Assembly (NCBI GenBank): GCA_964016885.1
Contig: OZ024760.1
Location: 32,984,001 to 33,048,000, forward strand
Reading direction: 5' to 3'
DNA from: Eledone cirrhosa
Taxonomy: Eukaryota
Length of the DNA stretch: 64,000 bases
Shown here in pieces: positions 41,287 to 52,959 of this stretch (position 1 is the first letter of the stretch; each line of letters starts with the position of its first letter). Made by a program: the position numbers and the translations under genes. A model generated the notes under the pieces. The model worked only from the letters and a program-made list of their open reading frames with translations, did no database searches and was not told the DNA's origin.

Positions 41287-44133
41287 TTAACGGGATTCTG
41301 CATGTTTGGAGCAGAGTAAAACAGTTGATGCATCGGAAGATGACTCACTTCCAGAATATGAACAGGTTGACTTCTCATCACCATAGCAATCACCTGTGAA
41401 GGTGGAATAAGTTGGGGCTGCCTTGCTGGAGCAACCACCACCACATGAACAGGTATAACTGGTTGGGGCTGCCTTGCTGTAGCAATTACCACCACATGAA
41501 CAGGTATAACTGGTTGGGGCTGCCTTGCTGGAGCAATTGCCACCACATGAACAGGTATAACTGGTTGGGGCTGCCTTGCTGGAGCAATTGGCAGTACAGA
41601 AGTGCATGTCGCTATATGATGTCTCACTAGAGCAATGACCAGTACAGGAATATATATAGTTTCTGCCTCTTTCGTCAGTGTGGCTGTGAACTGTTGAACT
41701 GTCATCAGAATAGACTGAACACGAATGTGTATATGGACAACTATACTGAGATGCAGAAGAGGAATAGGATTCTTCATTACTATAGGGACATGAAGAATAT
41801 AATGAACTATAAGTTTTGAAAGAGGGACCTTCGCTGCTTTCCTCTTGGACACCCTTTTTACCACCCCTTTTACCACCCTTTTTACCACCCGTTTTACCAT
41901 CCGTTTTACCATCCTTTTTACCATCCTTTTTACCGCCCTTTTTACCATCCTTTTTACCATCCTTTTTACCATCCTTTTTACCAGTCTTTCTGTCACCAGT
42001 TTTGCCCTCTTTCTTACCCCTTCTTTTGCCCTCTCTTTTACCCTCTCTTTTGCCCCCTCTTTTTCTTTCCCTTCTTCTTTCCCTTTTACCCTCTCTTCTG
42101 ACGCCATCTCCGACGTCCTCATCAGAGTACTCCGAAGAGTCCTCTGAAGAGTAGTCTTCGGAGTCCCTTTCATCGCCCTTTTTGCCACTCCTTTTCGCGC
42201 CCCTTTTTCTGCCATCCTTTCTCATGCCATCCTCTATGGTGTCATCAATGCTGTAGTCTAAGCTGTCATCTCTGCTGCCTGCTTTGCCGTACCTTCTCTT
42301 CTCCCATCTGCCTTTCTCTTTATCGTGCCATCTGCCTTTCTCTTTATCGTACAATATGCCTTTCTCTTCATCGTGCCATCTGCCTTTCTCTTTATCATAC
42401 CATATGCCTTTCTGTTTATCGTACCATATGCCTTTCTCTTCATTGTACCATCTGCCTTTCTCTTCATCGTACCATCTGCTTTTCTCTTTATCGTACCATC
42501 TGTCTTTCTCTTTATCGTACCATATGCCTTTCTCTTCATCGTGCCATCTGCCTTTCTCTTTATCGTACAATATGCCTTTCTCTTCATCGTGCCATCTGCC
42601 TTTCTCTTTATCATACCATATGCCTTTCTGTTTATCGTACCATATGCCTTTCTCTTCATTGTACCATCTGCCTTTCTCTTCATCGTACCATCTGCTTTTC
42701 TCTTTATCGTACCATCTGTCTTTCTCTTTATCGTACCATATGCCTTTCTCTTCATCGTGCCATCTGCCTTTCTCTTTATCGTACAATATGCCTTTCTCTT
42801 CATCGTGCCATCTGCCTTTCTCTTTATCATACCATATGCCTTTCTGTTTATCGTACCATATGCCTTTCTCTTCATTGTACCATCTGCCTTTCTCTTCATC
42901 GTACCATCTGCTTTTCTCTTTATCGTACCATCTGTCTTTCTCTTTATCGTACCATATGCCTTTCTCTTCATCGTGCCATCTGCCTTTCTCTTCATCGTGC
43001 CATCTGCCTTTCTCTTTATCGTACAATATGCCTTTCTCTTCATCGTGCCATCTGCCTTTCTCTTTATCATACCATATGCCTTTCTCTTTATCGTACCATA
43101 TGCCTTTCTCTTCATTGTACCATCTTCCTTTCTCTTCATCGTACCATCTGCTTTTCTCTTTATCGTACCATCTGCCTTTCTCTTTATCGTACCGTATGTC
43201 TTCCTCTTTTTCGTACCATTTGCCTTCGTCTTCATCATACCATCTGCCTTCCTCCTCTTTATCGTACCATCTGCCTTCGTCTTTATCGTACCATATGCCT
43301 TTCTCTTTATTGTACACTCTGTCTCTCTTTTTACCGTACCATCTGCCTTCCTCTTTATCGTACCATCTGCCTTCGTCTTCGCTGTCCTCCAGGCTTTCGT
43401 TATAGTTTCTGACACCCTTTTTGTATATACTTTTGCCATTCCTTCTGCTCACCATTTCACCATCCACGTCATCAATATAATATTTTTTGCGTCGGAGTCT
43501 TCTTTTCTTGCGCTCCCTTGAGGAAAGATCTTTATCATCGAGCATCTTTGAAGAATCTTCTTCTGAGGTACCAGTACCAGTGCCAGTCTCTTCTTCTGAA
43601 TAGTAATCAGAGTAATCATCGTCACTTGTTAGATATAGGGTCGAAGCAGAGCTTCCGGCATCACCCTTCATTTTTGCTCGTAGTCTCTTGTATCTGGACC
43701 TTTTCTTCTTCTCTTTCCCTGAAGTATCATCACGGGCGTCTTCAGCTTGTTGTTTCCTCTTTCTCCTAGATCTTCTATCCATTACCCTTCTCCTTCTCTC
43801 TTCTTTCTCTTTCAATTCTTTCTCCTTCTCTTTTTTAGCTGCTTTTGCAGCTTTATCTTCCTGTCTTCTCATCATCTTCTCAAACTGGTCAGTTCCCTCA
43901 TCATCACGCTTGCCAGGCATCTCGTCATATGTTATTCTTGGTTTGAAAAGCAGTGGCTGAATTTTCCTAATCCCAAAAGGTGTACATTTTGTATACTCCA
44001 TGTAAAGATTGTACATCTTTTTCTCATTGTTTTTATCTATGTTACCTTGGTAATACTTTCTCCAGTGATCATAAGCCGCGTAGTCAAATGTTTCCTGTAG
44101 CCGGGTTAAATATTTTATACGGAATCGACGAAA
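41287..44133 (-). CDS. Large terminal coding exon (about 948 codons) of an unknown repeat-rich protein: K/R/E-rich helix, S/D/E tracts, about 45 WYD[KE]EKG[RI] repeats, GKKD repeats, Cys-rich SSKAAPTSYTCSCGGNC repeats
   Basis: 909-aa ORF whose frame stays open for 39 more codons (FRRFRIKYLTRLQETFDYAAYDHWRKYYQG...) up to a strong acceptor (polypyrimidine ...TTTTATCTTTGACAG, AG at 44135-44134, phase 0). Non-repetitive flanks are also open. Confidence 0.85.
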   Translation of the reverse strand, partial: FRRFRIKYLTRLQETFDYAAYDHWRKYYQGNIDKNNEKKMYNLYMEYTKCTPFGIRKIQPLLFKPRITYDEMPGKRDDEGTDQFEKMMRRQEDKAAKAAKKEKEKELKEKEERRRRVMDRRSRRKRKQQAEDARDDTSGKEKKKRSRYKRLRAKMKGDAGSSASTLYLTSDDDYSDYYSEEETGTGTGTSEEDSSKMLDDKDLSSRERKKRRLRRKKYYIDDVDGEMVSRRNGKSIYKKGVRNYNESLEDSEDEGRWYDKEEGRWYGKKRDRVYNKEKGIWYDKDEGRWYDKEEEGRWYDEDEGKWYEKEEDIRYDKEKGRWYDKEKSRWYDEEKGRWYNEEKGIWYDKEKGIWYDKEKGRWHDEEKGILYDKEKGRWHDEEKGRWHDEEKGIWYDKEKDRWYDKEKSRWYDEEKGRWYNEEKGIWYDKQKGIWYDKEKGRWHDEEKGILYDKEKGRWHDEEKGIWYDKEKDRWYDKEKSRWYDEEKGRWYNEEKGIWYDKQKGIWYDKEKGRWHDEEKGILYDKEKGRWHDEEKGIWYDKEKDRWYDKEKSRWYDEEKGRWYNEEKGIWYDKQKGIWYDKEKGRWHDEEKGILYDKEKGRWHDKEKGRWEKRRYGKAGSRDDSLDYSIDDTIEDGMRKDGRKRGAKRSGKKGDERDSEDYSSEDSSEYSDEDVGDGVRREGKRERRRERKRGGKREGKREGKRRGKKEGKTGDRKTGKKDGKKDGKKDGKKGGKKDGKKDGKTDGKTGGKKGGKRGGKKGVQEESSEGPSFKTYSSLYSSCPYSNEESYSSSASQYSCPYTHSCSVYSDDSSTVHSHTDERGRNYIYSCTGHCSSETSYSDMHFCTANCSSKAAPTSYTCSCGGNCSSKAAPTSYTCSCGGNCYSKAAPTSYTCSCGGGCSSKAAPTYSTFTGDCYGDEKSTCSYSGSESSSDASTVLLCSKHAESR
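42290..43375 (-). repeat. Coding 24-bp minisatellite with a 216-bp (9-unit) higher-order repeat
   Basis: Marker TCTGTTTATC at 42411, 42627 and 42843. Confidence 0.95.
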
Positions 44134-44308
44134 CTGTCAAAGATAAAAAAAGAGAGAAGATTGTTTGATTTATTAGATTAAAAGACAAAAGTTATTGTGG
44201 AAGCATAGAAATCTGTTATTTAGGCTCTTAACTCCAAATTGTTCTTGGTTCAAATGATATTGTGTCCATTAAGCTGTACCCCTGACCAAGGCATTTAACA
44301 TTCAGTTA

Positions 44309-44602
44309 TGAAGGCTTTGTGGTTAAGGTATTTGGCTTGCAATCGTAAGGTCGTGAGTTCAATTCCTAGTGGAGTGTTGTGTCCTTCAGCAAGACACTTT
44401 ATTTCACGTTACTCCAGTGAGTTGTACCTGTAGTTCAAAATGCCAGCCTTGTCACGTTCGGTGCCACACTGAATCTCCCTGAGAACTACGTAAATGGTAC
44501 ACGTGAATGTGGAACGCTCAGCCACTTGCACGTTAATTTCACGAGCAGGCAGTTCCGTTGATCGGATCAACTGGAACACTCATCATTATAACCGGTGGAG
44601 TG
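44309..44602 (+). mobile_element. tRNA-derived SINE (degenerate)
   Basis: GTGGTTAAG (A-box-like) and GAGTTCAATTCC (B-box-like), then the TGTGTCCTT.AGCAAGACACTTTATTTCAC core shared with other SINEs in the window. Confidence 0.75.
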
Positions 44603-44839
44603 TCACTTGATCTATATAAATATTTCACAATTAAATAATGTAAAAAAAAAGTGAGAAGAAAGGGACAGACCCCTGCATAGGCAGTGTATCTCAGCTGTAG
44701 TCCCCGCGGACAAGATGCATTGCCAGGGAGAATGGTCAGCAACATGTGTTACATCAGCCAAGCTACATCACATGGCTCTTTCATTTGATGGGAAGATCTC
44801 CTCCCAATTTTGAAGGTATCATTTCAGAGACACACAGCG

Positions 44840-45267
44840 TTTTAACTGCCCAAATTCTTACACATCTTTCTGTTCAACTGGCTGTAACCAGCCACTCATA
44901 CTGATGTTAAGGTACTGTTCTCAAAATAAATAATACCAGATTCTCATAGATTCGATATTATGTGAGATAAAGCCTTTACTGCAAAAATACAATGGTATAT
45001 ATAAAGGATCGATTGACTTTCGTCAAATCGGACCGAGGAAACAATGTTTCCATTGGTCTTTCCAGTTGCTAGTACTATCTATCGGTCGCAACTCCAGGTA
45101 GAAGGAGCAACGTGAAATAAAGCGTCTTGCTCAAGGACATAACGCATCGCCCGGTCCAGGAATCGAACTCACGACCTCAAGATTGTGAATCCAATTCTCT
45201 AACCACTCAACCACACGCCTTCACAGTATATATAAAGTATAAAGTAATGTAAAAACTAAAGGGTTAA
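44840..45267. mobile_element. Second MITE-like copy, interrupted by a SINE
   Basis: Similar to 40897-41113; ends AAAGGGTTAA. Confidence 0.5.
45007..45225 (-). mobile_element. tRNA-derived SINE with a 12-bp target-site duplication
   Basis: Closely matches the reverse complement of 55086-55308. GTATATATAAAG is duplicated at 44995-45006 and 45226-45237. Confidence 0.88.
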
Positions 45268-45560
45268 TGTCAACCAGCCCCTAAAAAGGAACGGTTGATC
45301 AAGTTACAGATTTGAACATAGAAATTAAAGGACTTAACTAAATACTACACTAAAAGATTTACCTTTTCATGATAATTTTCATCCCTGTTAATATTCGCAA
45401 TTTCACCGGGTTTTCCATATAAATCTTCATCAGGGACCAACCATGGTATTCTTTTATCTAAGACAAACACAGCAAACAATAGATATATATTATATATATG
45501 TGTGTGCGTATATATACATATATATATAAATAGACATACACCAAATTTAAACGTATATAT

Positions 45561-45651
<91 letters not shown>

Positions 45652-45653
<2 letters not shown>

Positions 45654-45928
45654 CTGGGTTCAAGGGCCCTCAACTCTTCAACAAGCTGCCGAGGCATCTG
45701 AGAGATCTGCATGGTGTTGATGTGGATGTCTTCAAGAAACATCTCGACACCTTGCTATCCAGGATCCCGGATGAACCCACAGCAAGGCACGAAGGAAACC
45801 TAAGGGCAGCAGCAACGAACTCCCTCTTGCACCAGTGGCCAACCAATACAGGTTGCACATGAAATGTGGAGCAACAAGGGCGGTGCCCCAGCATGGCCTC
45901 AGACGGATAGTTGGAATTGGTAAAAGAT
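45652..45928 (+). mobile_element. 3' end of a CR1-group LINE (ORF2 C-terminus plus short 3' UTR) inserted in (TA)n
   Basis: Translates GFKGPQLFNKLPRHLRDLHGVDVDVFKKHLDTLLSRIPDEP...RAAATNSLLHQ, resembling CR1-type ORF2 C-termini. Confidence 0.75.
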
Positions 45929-46129
45929 ATATACATATATATATATATATAATAATAATATTAATTATAGTTATGTAAATACTATATACAACTATAAACA
46001 GGAAAGGTCAGTAATTTATTACTACCTTATTATCAGTAAGAAAAATAGCTCAATGTAAATACATCAGATGTTTTACAGAGCAGGAATATAAATTACACAA
46101 TAATCAAATCTATGTTCAAACCATTTTAT

Positions 46130-46176
46130 TGCTGACAATCGTTTCTTCCTAACTATCGTTTGGAATCATCGGAACA
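46130..46176 (-). ncRNA. Minimal hammerhead-like motif (U4C core variant), inverted-arm copy
   Basis: Minus strand: TGTT CCGATGA TTCC..GGAA GAAAC GATT GTC AGCA, followed by AATAAA. Confidence 0.65.
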
Positions 46177-47278
46177 CTAGCAACGTTTGGACATATAATT
46201 AACCTCCTATTTAACTGAACAATCATATAGATACATGGATATTAATGTTGTCAACAACAGTTTCATATTTACAACGTGGAATGGATGCAACATAGATTTC
46301 AAGAGAATTGTACAATAATTAAAATTAAAAATTAAAAATTAAAAAGGCACAGAGTGGAATGCATGCAACAGAGATTAGTATAACAATTAAAGAGGCATTA
46401 AGGTAGAAAGTTACTTGTAAAACGAGGACACTAGCAGTACATATGCAAGTGTATAGAGAGTGCAAATGCAATAGGCATATACAAGAAGGAAACAAGCAAT
46501 GGTACTAGGCATATATAATTTCTGCGAGACAAAGGTATCACATAAAACAACATATGTTTACAAGCAGGCAAACCTGTTTTTGTATTAAAATTATGGGTTT
46601 ATGGTGGATGTAGTGTGACGGTTTCTGTAATGTTCAAATGTGTATGTGCTGAGAGTATCAATGTTATTGCTATCTTTTCCATCACATTGGCTATGTTTTA
46701 TTTTAGTGAATGTTTTTAATCAGTCACAGCCATGTATTGTACACCGGTCCTATTATATTGCTACCCGGGGTTCGTGTTGTTGTGGAGCGATTCTTCTAAC
46801 GGTTTAATTTCCGGAAGTGAGTTTGATCTATATTAAGGGGAGCTAATACGAAAGGGGAGGTAACTAGCGATTACGTTGTAAATGAAATTAGAAAAATGTA
46901 AAGTTGTTTACAGCTCCAATTAGTTAAATTCTTTGTGTTGATATACATTATATTGTGTTATAAGTGAATCCCTTTTATATAATTGTTTCTACTTTAGGCA
47001 CAAGGCCAACAATTACCCAGTGCATTACTGGTACTTCATTTTATCGACCCCGTAAGGATGAAAGGCAAAGTCAACCTCGGCAGGATATTTGTTTATATTT
47101 AATCCTATTTGTTTATATTTAATTTTAAATACAATCTATTTTCCTATAAAACATTAAAGGTCTCATTATATTGTTATCTATTCATTACTTAATAAAGTAT
47201 AAGTAAGCTATAGAAAAAATGTATAGTTTTTTACAGGTCTAATTAGTTAAATCTCTTGTGCTATTAATATACATTATA

Positions 47279-47617
47279 TCATCATCATCATCATTTTACG
47301 TCCGCTTTTCCCTGCTTGCAAGGGTGGGACGGGAACTGATTCTAGCTTGATTTCTACAGCTGGATGCCCTTCCTAACACCAACCTCATTTACAGTGAATG
47401 CTGGGTGCTTTTTTTGCCGTGGCGCCTACACGTCCACTTTACAGTGGAATGATAGGGACCCCAGTCCTATCATCTCATTTCTACAGCTGAGTAAACTGGA
47501 GCAATGTGAAATAAAGTGTCTTGCTCAAGGAAACAACACATCACCCGGTCTGAGAATTGAACTCACAACCTTTCGATTGCAAGGCCAGTGCTCTAACCAC
47601 TAAGCCATGTGCCTCCA
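47279..47617 (-). mobile_element. tRNA-derived SINE with an RTE-like 3' tail ending in (ATG)n, inserted in the Penelope inverted arm
   Basis: tRNA-like head at about 47545-47617 on the minus strand. Segment 47279-47445 matches the RTE 3' UTR at 52960-53185. Confidence 0.8.
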
Positions 47618-48369
47618 TGTATTATGTTATAATTGAATCCCATATTTATAATGCTATTAATTTATATATTTAATTATAAATATAATTTATTTTCCTATAT
47701 TACATTAAGTGTCTCAACATATTATTATTTATCCATTACTGAATATAATTGTTTCTACTTTATAGCACAAGGCCAGCAATCACCCAGTGCATTACTGGTA
47801 CTTTATTTACTGAATATAATATAAGCAAGCTATAGTGGTTATATTAAATGGTGTTAGCTTTATGTTTATTCCTAATAGTTATTGTATAGTATAAAGTTTG
47901 AGATAAAAAGGAGTTAGGTAGAGTGATGAGCTGATCATAGAGTGTGATGCTGAGGGGGTACTTACATGCTGATAAGACCTAGAGGTGACGTGTTAATGGT
48001 GGTGAGAAATTCAGATCTGACATTGTTATATATTAGCAGCTAGATTTAAAGCTATGGAAAGATTGTCGGTGGTAGTGCTGGCACATGGAAAAAACCTCTG
48101 ATTTTCTATTTAGGAGGTCTAGCTTAGAATAGATTATTGTTCGGGTCTCTAGAAGACAGAGGTTACATAATTTATTTGGTGGTTTATACGATGCGGCCCT
48201 ATCTACTATCTCACATTGAAGTGTATACGGTCTATTCCTAGTTTTCAGAGAGTGTATGTAGCTAGATAAAGAAGTGGAGTTGGCTAGATTGCGATTTTTG
48301 AAAGAGTGGAGATGCGAGTTATATCTCGTCTTGAAGCAGTTCTCTAAGGTGATACCTAAGTTGAAGATA

Positions 48370-49655
48370 AAAACACTAAAAACGTTAACTTCCTTGATGT
48401 TACCCTTTACCTGGACTCTAAAATATATACACCCTTTCATAAACCAAACGAAAAACTACTTTATGTAGACACCAACTCTAACGACTCTAAATCTATATTA
48501 AACTCAATTACTAAAGGAATATCAAATAGAATCTCTAATCTATCATATAACGAAACCATATTTAACAATAATTCCCAATACTATAATTAGGCCTTAGCTA
48601 AATCAGGACATACAAATGAGATTAAATTCCTACCTATAAAATCACATAGTTACAACATTATTTCTCACAATATGGCCATGGTGAAATATAATAAAATTAC
48701 TAGTCACTCTCACTCTAATACAAATGGTAATATCAAACTTAACTCGCACCAGAATAAACACCACAATAATAATATATACAATACCTCAAATAACATTACA
48801 AAAAAACAACAATAGAAAAAAAACTAATACATTCTTCAACCCCCCTTTTAATCTAAACGTCTCTACCAACTTACCGAAGGCTTTCTTCTCAATCCTGGAA
48901 AAAAACTTCCCAGCCGGCCACAAATACCATAATCTTATCAATAAAAATACCATTAAAATCTCTTACTCTACCACACCTAACATAGCATACCATATAGCTA
49001 GTAGTAATAAAAGGAACATTAATAATTATTTTCAACAAATTAAAACACAGCAGGGGGTAAACTTACAGGGCAACATAGTACCAGAGATTTCTAGTAGCAA
49101 TAACAATAATGATAATAACACTAATGAAATTAATAACAATGGGAACGACAACGATCATTACCCTAATGCTTTCCCTAACAACCAGGCATCTACACAACAT
49201 AGTAACCAGCAAGCAAACAATCAGAATAACTGTAACTGTATAACAAAAAGAACTTGCCCCTTAGGTAAAAATTGCTTAATCAAAGACATCATTTACTCAT
49301 GCACGGTCAACACAAACAACTCTTCTAAAATATATATCGGTTCAACTTCGAACTGCTTCAAGACAAGATATAACTCGCATCTCCACTCTTTCAAAAATCG
49401 CAATCTAGCCCACTTCTTTATCTAGCTACATATACTCTCTGAAAACTAGGAATAGACCGTATACACTTCAATGGGAGATAGTAGATAGGGCCGCATCGTA
49501 TAAACCACAAAATAAATTATGTAACCTCTGTCTTCTAGAGACCCGAACAATAATCTATTCTAATCTAGACCTCCTAAATAGAAAATCAGAGTTTTTTTCC
49601 ATGTGCCAGCACTACCACCGACACTCTTTCCATAGCTTTAAACATAGCTGCTAAT
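48370..49655 (+). pseudogene. Disrupted Penelope RT-thumb/GIY-YIG coding remnant
   Basis: In-frame stop near 48588 and frameshifts, including a 4-bp deletion near 49410 relative to the inverted copy. Homologous to the ORF at 57282. Confidence 0.88.
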
Positions 49656-50966
49656 ATATAACGATGTCAGATCTGAATTTCTCACTACCATTAACGCTTC
49701 ACCTCTAGGTCTTATCAGCATGTAAGTACCCCCTCAGCATCACACTCTATCATCAGCTCATCACTCTACCTAACTCCTTTTTATCTCAAACTTTATACTA
49801 TACAATAACTATTAGGAATAAACATAAAGCTAACACCATTTAATATAACCACTTATATCATATTTAGTGATGGATAAATAATAATATGATGAGACACTTA
49901 ATGTAGTATAGGAAAATAAATTATATTTATAATTAAATATATAAATTAATAGCATTATATATATGGGATTCACTTATAACATAATATAATGTATATTAAT
50001 AGCACAAGAGATTTAACTAATTGGACCTGTAAACAACTATACATTTTTTCTATAGCTTACTTATACTTTATTAAGTAATGAATAGATAACAATATAATGA
50101 GACCTTTAATGTTTTAGAGGAAAATAGATTATATTTAAAATTAAATATAAACAAATAGCATTATATAAAAGGGATTCACTTATAACACAATATAATGTAT
50201 ATCAACACAAAGAATTTAACTAATTGGAGCTGTAAACAACTTTACATTTTTCTAATTTCATTTACAACGTAATCGCTAGTTACCTCCCCTTTCGTATTAG
50301 CTCCCCTTAATATAGATCAAACTCACTTCCGGAAATTAAACCGTTAGAAGAATCGCTCCACAACAACACGAACCCCGGGTAGCAATATAATAGGACCGGT
50401 GTACAATACATGGCTGTGACTGATTAAAAACATTCACTAAAATAAAACATAGCCAATGTGATGGAAAAGATAGCAATAACATTGATACTCTCAGCACATA
50501 CACATTTGAACATTACAGAAACCGTCACACTACATCCACCATAAACCCATAATTTTAATACAAAAACAGGTTTGCCTGCTTGTAAACATATGTTGTTTTA
50601 TGTGATACCTTTGTCTCGCAGAAATTATATATGCCTAGTACCATTGCTTGTTTCCTTCCTGTATATGCCTATTGCATTTGCACTCTCTATACACTTGCAT
50701 ATGTACTGCTAGTGTCCTCGTTTTACAAGTAACTTTCTACCTTAATGCCTCTTTAATTGTTATACTAATCTCTGTTGCATGCATTCCACTCTGTGCCTTT
50801 TTAATTTTTAATTTTTAATTTTAATTATTGTACAATTCTCTTGAAATCTATGTTGCATCCATTCCACGTTGTAAATATGAAACTGTTGTTGACAACATTA
50901 ATATCCATGTATCTATATGATTGTTCAGTTAAATAGGAGGTTAATTATATGTCCAAACGTTGCTAG

Positions 50967-51013
50967 TGTTCCGATGATTCCAAACGATAGTTAGGAAGAA
51001 ACGATTGTCAGCA
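50967..51013 (+). ncRNA. Minimal hammerhead-like motif (U4C core variant) near the 3' end of Penelope 1
   Basis: TGTT CCGATGA TTCCaaacgatagttaGGAA GAAAC GATT GTC AGCA, about 45 nt from the element end. Confidence 0.65.
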
Positions 51014-51101
51014 ATAAAATGGTTTGAACATAGATTTGATTATTGTGTAATTTATATATGTATATATATTTATAAAGGTATATATAAAGGCATATATTGA
51101 G

Positions 51102-51251
<150 letters not shown>

Positions 51252-51327
51252 CGAAGGAATTGTGGTAAGGAACCAGATGGACCATAACGCACCAAAGTAT
51301 TCAATACTTAGGGTAGTAGAGTGAGTA

Positions 51328-51439
51328 ATAGGAACAAGTATGACCCTGACGGCAGAGCTCAAGCTGCTTCGACGGCTATTTCTGGAAATAGCCGTCGAAT
51401 CGGCTTGTGCTCTGCTGTCGGGGTCATACTTGTTCCTAT
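51328..51439. repeat. 55-bp-arm hairpin, relatively GC-rich, with a 2-nt loop
   Basis: ATAGGAACAAGTATGACCC...GGCTATTTC TG GAAATAGCC...GGGTCATACTTGTTCCTAT; 5 mismatches. Confidence 0.92.
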
Positions 51440-51460
51440 ATATATATATATATGTATATA

Positions 51461-52623
<1,163 letters not shown>

Positions 52624-52647
52624 GTATGTATATATGCATATATATAT

Positions 52648-52700
52648 ATCATCTTCACCGTTTTACGTCCGTTCTTCCATGCTAGCATGGGTTAGACGGG
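52648..52700 (-). mobile_element. Extreme 3'-end fragment of an RTE LINE
   Basis: Matches 52969-53019 (CACCGTTTTACGTCCGTTCTTCCA.GCTAGCATGG.TTAGACGGG). Confidence 0.8.
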
Positions 52701-52959
52701 ATATATGTATATGTATATATATATATGTATGTATATATGTATATATATATGTATGTATATATGTATATACATTATAAACTATAATGACAGGAGGCCGAAC
52801 AGGTTGAATACCCTTAATAATTTATTCCTGCAAATACTAAGCACATTTCAGTGGCCAGGCTGCATTAGAATAACGTTGAGTGCTTTCCTCATATTACATC
52901 ATGATTAACGTTGCAGAATGTCTAATTCTACCCAATGGTGAACATATATATATATATAT

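Larger units (their letters stand above)
46087..51058 (+). mobile_element. Penelope-like element 1: 5'-truncated forward copy (about 48345-51058) preceded by a long inverted copy of its 3' part (46087-48342)
   Basis: 46087-48342 is the reverse complement of 49350-51058, apart from 3 insertions. Forward part encodes NFLDVTLYL..FHKPN (RT C-terminal part), CNC..CPL..CL, IIY...YIGST (GIY-YIG) and CNLCLLE..LNRKSE..C.H. Confidence 0.92.

Noticed and set aside
41287-44016. Reflectin assignment, or a single-exon gene starting at ATG 44016
   Set aside because: Lacks the Met-rich reflectin motifs. The frame is open upstream to a strong splice acceptor, so it is better read as a terminal exon.
41244-44168. 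Long overlapping and antisense ORFs (323, 393, 373, 398 aa and others)
   Set aside because: Shadows of the 12- and 24-bp coding repeats. Only the 909-aa frame stays open through unique flanks and links to a splice acceptor.
45381-45437. Minus-strand CTGATGA...GAAATTGCGAATA hammerhead-like motif
   Set aside because: No convincing stem I or stem II pairing.
52805-52850. Minus-strand GAAATGTGCTTA followed by AATAAA, resembling an HHR 3' half
   Set aside because: No CUGANGA box or stem I partner found.
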